A stretch of DNA of 64,000 nt, taken from NCBI GenBank assembly GCA_038087875.1, contig JAXLNO010005673.1:1-64000 (forward strand), read 5' to 3'. Every line of letters starts with the position of its first letter. Position 1 is the stretch's first letter. Origin of the DNA: Malacoraja senta. Taxonomy: Eukaryota. Of the stretch, positions 49,238 through 62,429 are shown in pieces. Both the position numbers and the translations under genes were made by a program. Under the pieces are notes generated by a model. That model saw nothing but the letters and a program-made list of their open reading frames with translations. It did no database searches and had not been told where the DNA came from.

Positions 49238-52200
49238 ACATAGATACATAGACAATAGGTGCAGGAGTAGGCCATTCGGCCCTTCAAGCCAGCACCGCCA
49301 TTCATTGTGATCATGACTGATCATCCACAATCAGTACCCCGTTCCTGCCTTCTCCCCATATCCCTTGATTCCGCTAGCCCTAAGAGCTCTATCTAACTGT
49401 CTTTTGAATTCGTCCAGTGAATCGGCCTCCATTGACTTCTGTGGCAGAGAATTCCACAAATTCACAACTCTGTGTGAAAAAGTATTTTTTCATCTCAGTT
49501 ATAAATGGCATACCCCTTATTTTTAGACTGTGGCCCCTGGTTCTGGACTCCCCAACATCGGGAACGTGTTTTCTGCATCTAGCTTGTCCAATCCCTTAAT
49601 AATTTTATATGTTCCTATAGGATCCCCTCTCATCCTTCTAAATTGCAGAGAATACAAGCCCAGTCACTCCATTCTTTCATCATATAACAGTCCCGCAAAC
49701 CCGGGAATTAACCTCGTGAACCTACGCTGTACTCGCTCAATAGCAAGAATGTCCTTCCTCAAATTAGGAGACCAAAACTGCACACACAACTCCAGGTGTG
49801 GTCTCACCAGGGCCCTGTAGAACTGCAGAAGGACTTCTTTGCTCCTATTCTCAACTCCTCTCGTTATGAAGGCCAACATGCAATTAGCTTGCTTCAGCGC
49901 CTGCTGTACCTGCATGCTTACTTTCAGTGTCTGATGTACAAGGTCACCCAGGTCTCGTTGTACTTCCCCTTTTCCTAACCTGACACCATTCCGTTAATAT
50001 TCTGCCTTCCCGTTCTTGCCACCAAAGTGGATAACCTCACATTTATCCACATTATACTACATCTGCCCACTCACCCAACCTATCCAAGTCACCCTGCATC
50101 CTCATAGCATCCTCTTCACAGTTCACACTATCACCCAGCTTTGTGTCATCTGCAAATCTGCTAATGTTACTTTTAATTCCTTCATCTAAATCCTTAATGT
50201 ATATTGTAAATAGCTGCGGTCCCAGCACCAAGCCTTGCGGCACCCCACTAGTCACTGCCTGCCATTCTGAAAGGGACCCGCTAATTAATACTCTTTGTTT
50301 CCTGTCTGCCAACCAATTTTCTATCCATGTCAATACCCTAGCCCCAATACCATGTGCTCTAATTTTGCCCACGAATCTCCTGTGTGGGACCTTAGCAAAG
50401 GCTTTCTGAAAGTCCAGGTACACAACATCCACTGGCTCTCCCTTGTCCATTTTACTTGTTACATCCTCAAAAAATTCCAGAAGAATTGTCAAGCATGATT
50501 TCCCCTTTGTAAATCCATGCTGACTTGGATCGATCCTATTACTGCTTTCCAAATGCGCTGGTATTACATCTTTAATAATCGTCTCCAGCATCTTCCCCAC
50601 CACTGATGTCAAGCTGACTGGTCCATAATTCTCTGTTTTCTATCTCCCTCCTTTTTGAAAAGTGGGATAACATTAGCTACCCTCCAATCCACAGAACTGA
50701 TCCAGAATCTATAGAACATTGGAAAATGATCACTAATGCATCCACGATTTCTAGAGGCACCTCCTTGAGTACCCTGACATGCAGACAATCTGGGGATTTA
50801 TCAGTCTTCAGTCCCATCAGTCTACCCAACACCATTTCCTGACTAATGTGTATTTCCTTCAGTTCCTCTAACACCCTAGGTCCTCTGTCCCCTTTTACTA
50901 TCCTCCTTTATATTCTTGGCTAGCTTACCTTCGTACTCCCTTTAAAATCTTTCTTCCTCTTTGGAATAAAATGATCCTGCATTTTCTGGATTATTCCCAG
51001 AAATACCTGCCATTGCTGTTCCACCATCATCCCTGCTAGGGTCTCTTTCCAGTCAACTTTGGCCAGCTCCTCCCTCATGCCTCCATAGTCCCCTTTGTTC
51101 AACTGCAATACTGACACTTCCGATTTTACCTTCTCCCTTTCAAATTGTAGATTAAAACGTATCATATTATGGTCACTACTTCCTAATGATTCCTTTACCT
51201 TGAGTTCCCTTTTCAAATCCGGTTCATTACACAACACTAAAACCAGAACTGCCTTCTCCCCTGTAGGCTCCAGTACAAGCTGCTCTAAAATCCATCTCGG
51301 AGGCACTCTACAAACTCCCTTTCTTGGGGTCCAGTACCAACGTGATTTTCCCAGTCTATCTGCATGTGGAAATCTCCCATAACTACCATAGCATTACCTT
51401 TGTTACATGCCAATTTTAACTCTTGATTCAACTTGCACCCTATCTCCAGGCTACTGTATGGGGGGCTGGAGATAACTCCCATTAGGGTCTTTTTACCCTT
51501 ACAATTTCTCAGTTCTATCCACAATGACTCTACATCTTCTGATTCTATGTCACCCCTCGCAAGGGACTGAATTTCCTTCCTTACCAACAGAGCCACCCCA
51601 CCCCCTCTACCCACCTGTCTGTCTTTTCGATAGGACTTATACCCCTGAATATTCAGTTCCCAGCTCTGATCCTCTTGCAGCCATGTTTCTGTAATTCCCA
51701 CAGCATGATACTTACCAATTTCTAACTGAGCCTCAAGCTCATCCACTTTATGCTTATACTTTGCGCATTCATATATAATACTTTTAATTTGGTATTCACC
51801 TCCCCTCTCACACCGGTTCCTATTTCACCTGACCTTACTCTCTTATCCTTTCTTGAACTTTCCGTCCCATTAATTCGGGTGTCTTTCATAACTTTTCCTA
51901 TACTCTCTTCCCCTTTAACTCCCTCCTTATACTGCCAATTTGTCAACCCTCCCCCCTGCTATTTAATTTAAACCCACCCATGTAGCACTAGGAAACCTGC
52001 CTGCCAGAATGTTGGTCCCCCTCTAATTAAGGTGTAACCCGTCCCCTTTGTACAGGTCACCCCTACCCCAGAAGAGATCCCAGTGGTCTATAAATCTAAA
52101 TCCCTGCTCCCTGCACCAGCCCCTCAGCCACACATTCAGATCCCCTCTCTTCCTGTTCCTGCCCTCACCAGCACGAGGTACTGGAAGCAATCCAGAGATA

Positions 52201-52262
52201 ACCACCCTAGAAGTCCTGCTTTACAGGCTTCTTCCTACTCTCTAAACTCACTTTGCAGAACA
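49238..52262 (-). mobile_element. 5'-truncated, internally deleted CR1 LINE (ORF1 esterase end, AP endonuclease, RT, tail)
   Basis: VISGLLPVPRA..YKGDGLHLN (ORF1); VGITETWL, GRGGGVALLV, MGDFH, LGSSDHNMI (endonuclease); QHGFTKGKSCLT, YLDFQKAF, GVPQGLVLGPQLF, RFADDTK (RT); (ctatgtat)n tail. Confidence 0.95.
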
Positions 52263-52889
52263 TCCTTATGGACAGGATAGATTTAGGATATAGGCCCAAC
52301 ACAGGCATGTGGAACTGGTGTAAATGGGGCATGTTCGGCAAGTTGAGCCAAAGGGCTTGTTTCCACACTGTATGATTCTATGATAGAATTCTAACTCATT
52401 TGAAGCATTTTGAATGGGTAATAACACTAGAGATATGAGTGTGTGCAAATGATATTTAACATTCCACAGGGCTGGATCATACAACTTGCTGATATCCATA
52501 GATTTTGTGTAGTTTTAAAAAAGAAAATCAAGCAAGCACAAAATCTTTCAGGTGATCTGGGACCTGTGTGACCAAGGCAAAGTCTCGATGCACCACTGAT
52601 GCAACTAAGCAGGTTGAATATCCATTAATGAACAGTGAGATCGGTCGGGTTGTGTCCATTAGTACAGCTAGCTCATTGTCAAATCAGATACAGGACACAA
52701 AATCAAGGTAGTGAAGATTTCACTGTTGTGAAAGAAATAAAAGAGACAGAGAAAAAAATATATATATTATAAAATTTTCGATCATAGTTAAAATCTGAAG
52801 GAATGAGACAATGTAGAAAACTTGATTTTCAGCTCTAGAGAGATTGCTTATAGCCTTTAAAATGGCACATTTCTCATGGGCTCTTGCCC

Positions 52890-53200
52890 TACTCTTGCCC
52901 AGAGTAGGGGAATTGAGGACCAGAGGACATAGGTTCATGGTGAAGGGGAAAAGATTTAATAGGAATCTGAGGGATAACTTTTTCACACAAAGGGTGGTGG
53001 GGTTATGGAACAAGCTGCCAGAGGAGGTAGTTGAGGCTGGGACTATCCCAACGTTTAAGAAACAGTTGAACAGGTACATGAATAGGACAAGTTTGGGGGG
53101 ACATAGACCAGGCACAAGCAGGTGCCACTCGTGTAGCTGGGACATGTTGGCCGGTGTAGGCAAGTTGGGCCGAAGGGCCTGTAGTCACTCTATGACTTTG
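52890..53200 (+). mobile_element. CR1 3' end fragment
   Basis: LPRVGELRTRGHRFMVKGKRFNRNLRDNFFTQRVVGLWNKLP followed by the tail. Confidence 0.85.
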
Positions 53201-53746
53201 TAAAGTGGAATTGATAATTTCCTGGTGAATTTAGTGTGTGTACATAAGGTGGCAGAAATCTTTACACCGTTGCACATTTATTGATGATCAATCTGTCAGT
53301 CAGATATAATTTTGCAACTTCTGAAGTTGAGGAGCATCTCCATCATCAACTTATTGATTGCACATTTAACTGGTCGCTGGAAGCTGCTGATCAAATTAAT
53401 GGCAGGCAGTGCTGTTAGCCTCACCTTTCACTTTATTGAAAGGAATCACCTAACACATACTTACTGGAAAAAAACTTGGCATTAGCAAACTCCAATATTG
53501 AATCCTCATTTTTGTTTGATTAGTCGTTATGGTTTAACACTTTCACATCAGTAGAGGGCAGAGATTTTCTGCTCAGGATAGCAATTATTTCTTGTTGATG
53601 TGAGCTTGGTTTAGATTGTTAGTTAGCTCATAGAATGACATTTTTCTCTTACCCCATCCCTTAAATTACTCCCCTTCAGTTTATTCATGAATTATAGGAG
53701 CAGAAGTAGGCCATTCGGCACATTGACTCTACATTTAATCATGGCT

Positions 53747-53798
53747 GGGGTCAAGGAAAGAGAGGTCACGACGCAGCCCTGTTTTCACCAATCTTTGC
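53747..53798 (+). ncRNA. Degenerate HDV-like (CPEB3-type) ribozyme
   Basis: P1 GGGGTC/AGCCCT, P2 GGAAAGA/TCTTTGC (6 of 7 pairs), P3-L3-P3 GAG-GTCACGA-CGC, then GT-TTTCA-CCAA. Confidence 0.55.
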
Positions 53799-53901
53799 AC
53801 AAGAAGCACAAGACAAACACCATTGTATGCAGATGCCGAGAAGTGTGTTCAGCTCTGGCTGAACAACTTCTAATCTTGTGTGTGGACTCGATAAGAAGAA
53901 G
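53747..53901 (+). mobile_element. 155-bp ribozyme-headed retroelement (family B) inserted in a CR1 tail
   Basis: TSD ATCATGGCT(G) at 53738-53747 and 53902-53911; HDV-like 5' fold; nested stems; gataagaagaag tail. Confidence 0.78.
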
Positions 53902-54079
53902 ATCATGGCTGATCTATCTTTCTCTCTCAACCTCATTCTTCTGCGTTCTCCCCGTAGCCTTTAACACCAATACCAATCAAATATCTGTCATTCTCTGCCT
54001 TACAAATACCTTGTCAAGTCAATGGAGTAACTATGGAGTAACTAAGCCTCTGTGGAAGGAATGGATAGACAACATTGGA

Positions 54080-54850
54080 ATGGACAGGTCCATGGGGAGT
54101 GTTGTAGAGCAGAGGGGTCTAAATGTGAACATAGAACATAGTTCCTTGAAAGTGGCAGCATGGATATGATGGTGAAGAAGGCTTTTAGCATGTTGGCCAT
54201 CAGTAGTCATGGAATTAAGTGTAAAAGCTGGGACATTATATTATGTAATAGTAGTACAAGACATTTTTCAGGCCACATTTGGTGTAGTGTGTTCAGTTTT
54301 AGTCACTTCTGGAGGAAAGATGCCATTAAGCTGGAAATAGTACAGCGAAGATTTACAAGGCAGTTGCCAGGACACGAGGGCCTGAGCTGCAGGGAGAGAT
54401 TTGGCAGGTGAGGACTTTACTCCTTGGAGTGCAGGAGCGTTAGGGGTGATCTTACAGAGGTGTATACAATCATGAGTGTAATAGATAGGGTGAATGCACA
54501 ATCTTTTTCCCATGGTGGGGAATCAAGAACTAGAGGGGATAGATTTAAGGTGAGAGGGGAAAGATTTAATAGGAACCTGGGGGGCAACTTTTTCACACAC
54601 AGGGAGTGCGGGGAGAGGGGGAGGGGTGGGGGTGGGGGGGGGGGGGGGAGTAAATGAAATGATCTGCCAGAGGAAGTAGTTGGGGAAGGTACAATGGCAG
54701 ATTTGAAAGACATTTGGACAGATATATAGAGAGGAAAGATTTAGAAGCATATGTGCCAAATGCAGATAAATGGAACTAGCTTAGATGGGTATCTCTGTTG
54801 GCATGGATGAGTTGGGCCGAAGGGTCTATTTCCATGCTATTATACTAAAT
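54080..54850 (+). mobile_element. Degenerate CR1 3' fragment
   Basis: VKKAFSMLA, LEIVQRRFTRQLPG, RGDLTEVY, RTRGDRFKVRGERF and tail gggccgaagggtctatttcc. Confidence 0.8.
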
Positions 54851-56621
54851 GACGATGACTCAAAATGATATATTATTTACTGTCATCGCAAGTATTGTCT
54901 TATTAAATAGATGCTGCCACATGCATAGGAATCCATTTGTGGCATCACATTAACTTTGTAGTTGTATGGCCCACAGTTGCAGTGTGAGGTTAGACATTTG
55001 CATAAGTGGAAAAGATTGCAAATACTCCAATGAAATATGGCTTATAGAAGCACTTTGTTTACTCTGAAAATGTCACAATCACTTCCACTATTTTCTTCTG
55101 TTCTGCATGGATTACACAAAAATTTGCAAGAATATTGTGCAGACAGTCATATATTCATCAAAGTTTCTGGGCACCGTTTCATACCAGCAAAGGATATCAT
55201 AATTAAGCTCCTATTGTTTCTGTTCCAGATTGGTGGAAGAACAATAATGTTGGAATAGTTCTCAAGCTTGAATTATAATGCTTAAACTTTAATAATTCAT
55301 TATTTCAAATCTCTGATGATGCTCCTTGCTCCATTTAGTGTAGCTCTATTGGTTATTATCCAGATTTCCCAGTGGGAATGACAAAATATACACTGAGAAG
55401 CTTTCACCACATGGGAAACATGGGAGGCTTGGTTCTTTGAAGCCAAGTCTTGAATCTCTCAAAGAAGAAGATCCAACAAGGCAATCATGTGTCGTGTTTC
55501 CCAGCAGTAAGAACTCCACAACCCCGGGTATGATCAGCTGCTCCTGTTTGCTCCTGTCACAACCGAGGGAACAGGAAGAGAAACCAAGGAAATGGGAGAA
55601 GGGGACCATTAGCTGCCTCCCTTAATTATGCCAGGGATTTCCTCAAGAATCAGGAGCCAAATCTCGAAATGCAACGGAACCTGAGAAAAGTTTCAATGAT
55701 AGAAATCAGGTGGAATAGACTTCCATCTCACTTATCTCACTTAAAGCAACGGGGAAAAGATGTAGTAAAACCGTCACCCATTCCTTCTCTCCAGAGATGC
55801 TGCCTGTCCTGCTGAGTTAGTCCAGCTTTTTGTGTCTATCTTTAGTCATATTCAACTGTTCCTTCTCTGACCTACAGATCCCCAACTGGTTATTGCCTTG
55901 AACAAATTTATACTTTGAACCTTGCCCATCCAACAGGAAGGATTGATATTAATGTTGAAATCGAGCAACACGGAAGTCCTTATAAATGAATTAGTTTTGA
56001 ATTTTCATTAAGGGGATTTTTGTTCATCCCAGTTCCCTAGCAAATTGGAAATGCCATGTTTGTGCTATTAATTAAATTCTACAAAATGCATATGCATGTT
56101 TCAGACATTGGAATATCTAACTGTTAAGAGATAAGTGGCTCCACTTCTTGCTGTCAACATAAAAAAAATCATGCCTCAAATGAAATCTCCAACACTCTGA
56201 ATGCTTTAGTGAGTTGGTGAAATGGAAATATAATAAATAGGAATACAATATAAATAATTATGTTTGTAACCACTCAAAATGTAATTTCATTGTTTCTATT
56301 TGAACCATTATGATCGAGTTTCTCATTATAGAAACTGCAGCTGTTACTGTTGGCAATGCATTTCTATAACCCTATACATGAGTTCAGATATGACTCATTG
56401 ACATCAGTGTAAAAACAAACTGAGTGAAATAATTGCTAAATCAAACTCAAGAACATTCATTATCTATAATTTTTTCCAGGTACATCTTATTTGATAATTT
56501 ACTATTCATTTTAGTGATTAAGCTGTATAAAGTTTTGATTCAAATTTGTCATAATTCAGTATATAATTCAGATATTGAATTGTTGCATCCTATATAATCA
56601 ACAAGCAATTGTTGCAATCAC

Positions 56622-57832
56622 GTGTGTGTGTGTGNNNNNNNNNNNNNNNNNNNNNNNNNNNNNNNNNNNNNNNNNNNNNNNNNNNNNNNNNNNNNNNNNN
56701 NNNNNNNNNNNNNNNNNNNNNNNNNNNNNNNNNNNNNNNNNNNNNNNNNNNNNNNNNNNNNNNNNNNNNNNNNNNNNNNNNNNNNNNNNNNNNNNNNNNN
56801 NNNNNNNNNNNNNNNNNNNNNNNNNNNNNNNNNNNNNNNNNNNNNNNNNNNNNNNNNNNNNNNNNNNNNNNNNNNNNNNNNNNGAGAGTGTGTGAGAGTA
56901 NNNNNNNNNNNNNNNNNNNNNNNNNNNNNNNNNNNNNNNNNNNNNNNNNNNNNNNNNNNNNNNNNNNNNNNNNNNNNNNNNNNNNNNNNNNNNNNNNNNN
57001 NNNNNNNNNNNNNNNNNNNNNNNNNNNNNNNNNNNNNNNNNNNNNNNNNNNNNNNNNNNNNNNNNNNNNNNNNNNNNNNNNNNNNNNNNNNNNNNNNNNN
57101 NNNNNNNNNGAGAGTGTGTTAGAGTGTGTGAGAGAGTGTGTGTGAGAGTGTGTGTGAGAGTGTGTAAGAGAGTGCGTGAGAGAGTGTGAGAGAGTGTGTG
57201 AGAGTANNNNNNNNNNNNNNNNNNNNNNNNNNNNNNNNNNNNNNNNNNNNNNNNNNNNNNNNNNNNNNNNNNNNNNNNNNNNNNNNNNNNNNNNNNNNNN
57301 NNNNNNNNNNNNNNNNNNNNNNNNNNNNNNNNNNNNNNNNNNNNNNNNNNNNNNNNNNNNNNNNNNNNNNNNNNNNNNNNNNNNNNNNNNNNNNNNNNNN
57401 NNNNNNNNNNNNNNNNNNNNNNNNNNNNNNNNNNNNNNNNNNNNNNNNNNNNNNNNNNNNNNNNNNNNNNNNNNNNNNNNNNNNNNNNNNNNNNNNNNNN
57501 NNNNNNNNNNNNNNNNNNNNNNNNNNNNNNNNNNNNNNNNNNNNNNNNNNNNNNNNNNNNNNNNNNNNNNNNNNNNNNNNNNNNNNNGAGACTGTGTGAG
57601 AGAGTGTGTTAGAGTGTGTGAGAGAGTGTGTGTGAGAGTGTGTGAGAGAGTGCGTGTGAGAGTGCGTGTGAGAGTATGTGAGTATATGAGAGAGTGTGTG
57701 TGAGAGTGTGTGTGAGAGTGTGTGTGGAAGTGTGTGAGAGAGTGTGTGAGAGTATGTGAGTGTATGAGAGAGAGTGTGTGTGAGAGTGTGTGTGGAAGTG
57801 TGTGAGAGTGTGTGTGAGAGTGTTTGTATGTG
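56622..57832. repeat. (GT/GA)-rich microsatellite tract containing three N gaps
   Basis: gtgtgagaga-type low-complexity sequence flanking runs of N. Confidence 0.9.
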
Positions 57833-58869
57833 TAACATCTTTAAATCTTCCTAAATAATTTTGAGTTGTACCTATTATTGTAAGATAGGGAATAGAGTAC
57901 TTGTTAATAAGAAAGTAACACAAATACGAATTGAATAATAATTTAAATAATTAATTTCAGCTATTTTCTGTCATCGGATAAATATTAGCTAGGCCACAGA
58001 GGATAACTGCTAATCTTCAATATCAGTCCCATGGAATCTTCTGTGTCCGCCTGAGAGAGGGTGAAGCATTAGTGGAAAACAGGAGGAACAGACTTCCACC
58101 TCATTCTCCTACATAATGTATTGAGTGGTCCATGTGTGAGTGCATCAATTTCTATCTAACTATTCCAAGCGGGGTGATTAGGAGCAGGATCCACTCAGTT
58201 GTTAAAACGGATGTGTTTCCTAATAGTACAGCGGATGATTGCAGCTTCTGATGATAAGAATAAAATAGGAATCATAGACTCCCAACATATTTCCCTTTCC
58301 TTTCCTGGGGATTAGAAAATGAGTATATTGAAAGGCTGTGTTGAGATTGCAAATTTTACATTTTCAATATTGCCTGGCAATATTTCCCACTGTGAATTTC
58401 CTATATCTTTCAAATATCCTTAATAGTGCAAATATTAACCAAAAAGATCCAAAACAATTGTTGCTATTTGTTTAAACCTGTTGCATAGTTGCTAATGACA
58501 GATGAGAAATGTACAATTTCTTAAATTCCAGGAGAAATGCCACTTTCCTCTCTAATTAATCTTCTATGATTATTCTGTGGGTTTGAAATTATTTAAGAAG
58601 TTGTCTCCCTAACAGTATGATCTAATGCTCTCAATCTTTTCATTGCAAGGTACAGATTGCCATGCGCAGAACAAATTTCAAGATTTTTAGTTTTCTTCTC
58701 GATCTGCCAACAAACTGATATAAAGGAACCATTTGCTGAACATTTGCATATGAACACAAATAACCTTGCACAATACCCATAATGATTATGGTTATTCAAC
58801 TTGATGATTACTAATAACTGTAGAAAGTTATAAGGCTACCTTTTGTTCATTATCTTTGCACCATTATAT

Positions 58870-59700
58870 CTCTAGAGCATTATAGGTCCACCATAGTTCT
58901 TGATCAAGTCTTTGATAAGGTTTGGCATGAAATTAACCAGATTCTGACAGTTTCTGAGATTTTTTTCATCTAGATAATACAACAGAATCATGGCCTTGAT
59001 GAGCTTCTGTCGAGGTGCAGTCCTTTCCTTTCAGTCTCTCGTTGAAAATTAACCACGAATGATCAAACAAATTTAGGCCAGGCAAGTCACCAGGCCAATC
59101 CAGGACATGTATCACCTACTGCTGATAAACTATTATCGCCATCTTTCATGTGTGACACAGTGCAAAGTCTTGTTGGAATATCCCAGATACCCCTGGAAAT
59201 GTCTTCACCATCTCCAGCACCACTCTTCTCTGCAATACATGGATACATTGTGGCAATTGCATCATTCCCTCAACTGGATGCAGTGGCCCAACACCGTAGT
59301 AGCTGAAACAACCCCACGACATCTTCTTTTCAGGATATTTGATGAACTGGTCAATGTGGCATTTTCTCTCCTGCTCTCCGACCGATCTCCGAGCATGTTG
59401 GGTACATCGACCTTGAGCCAGCAAATGGCTTTTCCCACTGAATAACATCTTTCTCCTGTCCTCGCATATCCAATCTTTTTGTTTTGAGGCCCACTGGTAT
59501 TGTTTCTTCATCAGCACAGCTGTTGGGTAATCTGGCTGTATGACCAACTTCAATGCTTTATGCATTGTTTGTATTTCCAATCACATGTTAAGTTGTAGCC
59601 ATCTTTGATTACCGTTTCATCCCACATATTCCACCCATCTTCATCGACATCATTGCCAGATCATCCTCATCAAGGTGTGTTCATGCATTCCATCTTGTCA
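58870..59700 (-). pseudogene. Highly degenerate Tc1-family transposase remnant
   Basis: WASKQKDW..KMLFS, KYPEKKMSWGCFS..GVGPL..VEGMM, GIFQQDFALCHT and VLDWPGDLPGLNLFD, with 34 residues between the acidic positions. TIRs not recognised. Confidence 0.75.
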
Positions 59701-59860
59701 TTTGATTCTTTTGTTCTTGCTCATTAGAATTCCAATCACCCGCCCTTCTTTATCCATGCTTATCTTCCTGAAGTCTTCCTGGTTCTTCGTGTGAACTCGG
59801 TTCGTCTATTTCCGCTGGATTCCTCCATTCCCTGTGTTCTGATTTGTTGCTGTACAACAT

Positions 59861-60185
59861 GGGCGGAACGGTGGCGCAGCGGTAGAGTTGCTGCCTTACA
59901 GCGTTTGCAGCGGCGGAGACCCGGGTTCAATCCCGACTACGGGTACTGTCTGAACGGAGTTTGAAAGTTCTCCCCATGACCGTGTGGGTTTTCTCCGAGA
60001 TCTTCGGTTTCCTCCCACACTCCAAAGACGTACAGGTAAATTGGCTTGGTAAATGTAAAAATTGTCCCTAGTGTGTGTAGGATAGTGTTAATGTGCAGGG
60101 ATCGCTGATCGGCACGGACCCGGTGGGCTGAAGGGCCTGTTTCCACGCTGTATCTCAAAACTAAACCAAACTAAACTAAACTAAA
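59861..60185 (+). mobile_element. V-type tRNA SINE
   Basis: gggcggaacggtggcgcagcggtagag, gggttcaatccc, V-domain, CR1-type tail, (aaact)n. Confidence 0.88.
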
Positions 60186-61169
60186 CACATACTATTTTTT
60201 TCTCGGCTACATGCAACTGAAGGCAAATTTCCCAGAAATCACTAGAAATGAATAATCGGAAAATGAAAAATGACTAGAAGTACTTTCTGAGAGAGATTTG
60301 TAGGGTTTCAAAAAAAAAAATAAGAACAAACAATGGACATAGAAACTCATCATATGAAAAAATTGCAAAATCAGCCCATGATTCAATTAAGTTGCACAAA
60401 GATTTATAAGGTTAATTTTGACATTTCTTAATTTTCTGTCACATCAGTTTCCGTTCATCCACAATTATTGTCTCTAATTTTGCTAATGACTGTTGGACAC
60501 AAAAATCTTCATTTGTAGGCTCAATGCAAGGATGAGTTGGAGTTTTCTGATGTTTTCTGTGTTTTGTGATTTGCTATTGTATAGTGTTAGAACTACATGT
60601 CAGAACTGCAGCAAAAGCAGATTTGAAGTCAAATATTTGTTATGACAGGAAGTCCTTTTGAAGGAAACCACTATTTAACCTGCAAGAAAAATGGTGCTTT
60701 AATGAAATATAATCAAGCTGAAATATTAGCTCTGTCCCTCTTTCCACAGTCCTGTTGAGCATTTCCACCATTTTCCATTTATATGTTCGATTTCCCTTAT
60801 CTGCTATAGTTTGCTATTACTTCTGAAATATGATCTGGCAGATGTCATAATTTTTAACAAGTGCAAAGCAAGTGGTAAGTGTCAGCTTTTCAGCAAATAT
60901 ACAAGTGGAAATTGCTATGACTTCCTTTTAATCACCTTTCATAAATCTAGACTACTCATCAATTGTGAGGAGATTGCAACATGTAATATGTCACCAGAAT
61001 CTGTATCAATTCCTTAACAACATTTTACTTTGATTCTCAAAGCTCATTGTACAAAGCACATTTTAAAATCAGCCAAAGATTTACACGATGACCACCAGTG
61101 AGGAATATTATTTCTTATTGAGTCTTTGCTAACATTTTCAAACTCTCACTTCATCTGTTTCACCTATCT

Positions 61170-61488
61170 GTTTCAAGGAAACCTGTATCATTCCAGTCCC
61201 CCCCCAAAAATACAGTGGCCTGTTTCAATGATCACCACTCGGTGGTACTAACGTTGACCATAATGAAGTGCTTTGAAAGATGGGTTATGGCCTACAATTG
61301 TGCCAGTCTCCAAGACAATCTCAACTCCTTGCAAGTTACACCAGGAATTGGTCTACAGTGCACATCAATTCCCTTGTACTACATTCAGATCTGGATTGAC
61401 TAGACAATGAGAACACCTATGTTGGGATGGTATTCATTGCCTACAGCTCAGCCATCAAAATCACAATACCGAATAAGTTAATCTCTAA
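61170..61488 (+). mobile_element. Rex1/Babar LINE RT fragment
   Basis: ACFNDHHSVVLTLTIMKCFERWV..LNSLQ and YVGMVFIAYSSA. Confidence 0.7.
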
Positions 61489-61703
61489 AGGGCCTGTCCC
61501 ACTTGGCCAGCATTTGCACGCCATTTACGCGACCTGCTAGCGTGTGGGTAGCGCGTGGGTAGCACGTGGGTAGTGCGGGACGGGCGCATGGAGTGATGTG
61601 GAGGAGTGTGGAGTGGCGTGGAGGAGTGTGGACTTTGTCCTGCACTAAATCTTCGCACGCCACCGGCCTGTCACGTAACTGACGGCCAAAGTGGGACAGG
61701 CCC
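61489..61703. mobile_element. Harbinger-type MITE-like segment
   Basis: taa|agggcctgtcccactt ... aagtgggacaggccc; no TWA on the right side. Confidence 0.55.
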
Positions 61704-61845
61704 AAGACCCTGGCGCGGCGCAACGTCTCACCTCCAACAGTAGCAGAAGCAGACAAACGATCGTCGAGTTCGGCCTGGGGCTCACAGCCGTTGCGGATCC
61801 GGATCTGCCCTCACTCCTACTCCCAGAGCGGGGCCAAGACGATTG

Positions 61846-61942
61846 GAGATAGACACAAAATGCTGGAGTAACTCAGCGGAACCGGCAGCATCTCTGGAGA
61901 GAAGCAATGGGTGATGTTTCGGGTCGAGACCCTTCTTCAGTC
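61846..61942 (-). mobile_element. Penelope-type repeat with hammerhead motif (61913-61940)
   Basis: Minus strand CTGAAGA-A-GGGTC-TC-GACCC-GAAACATC. Confidence 0.7.
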
Positions 61943-62074
61943 AGTCTCTGCAAGATGGGGGAATGAGAGGGTCACGTCTCTCAGTCTGAGCTTTGAATAA
62001 CACTGAACACATGTCTACTAAACTGTGAGTGGTTTTACTGACCTGTCAGTGGCCTTAATGTGGTTTGAAAATAT

Positions 62075-62425
62075 AGTTTGGAAATTCTAAAGCTGTGTTG
62101 CCTTTGGTTTGGAAATGCTAAAGGTGTGTTGTTTTTGGTTTGGAAATGCTAAAGCTGTGTTGCCTTTGGTTGGGAAATGCTAAAGCTCTGTTGCCTTTGG
62201 TTTGGAAATGCTAAAGCTGTGTTGCCTTTGGTTTGGAAATGCTAAAGCTGTGTTGCCTAATTAAAGTTGCCTTGCCTAATTAAAGTTGCCTTGCCAAATT
62301 AAAGTTGCCTTGCCTAATTAAAGTTGCCTTGCCTAATTAAAGTTGCCTTGCCTAATTAAATTTGCCTTGCCTAATTAAAGTTGCCTTGCCTAATTAAAGT
62401 TGCCTTGCCAAATTAAAGTTGCCTT
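62075..62425. repeat. Adjacent minisatellites: about 6 x 31 bp then about 9 x 19 bp
   Basis: Units gttgcctttggtttggaaatgctaaagctgt and tgcctaattaaagttgcct. Confidence 0.9.
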
Positions 62426-62429
62426 CCCT

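Noticed and set aside
56575-57923. Long ORFs in the ORF track
   Set aside because: Artefacts of N runs and microsatellite; the same applies to 63031-63441 and 18059-18496.
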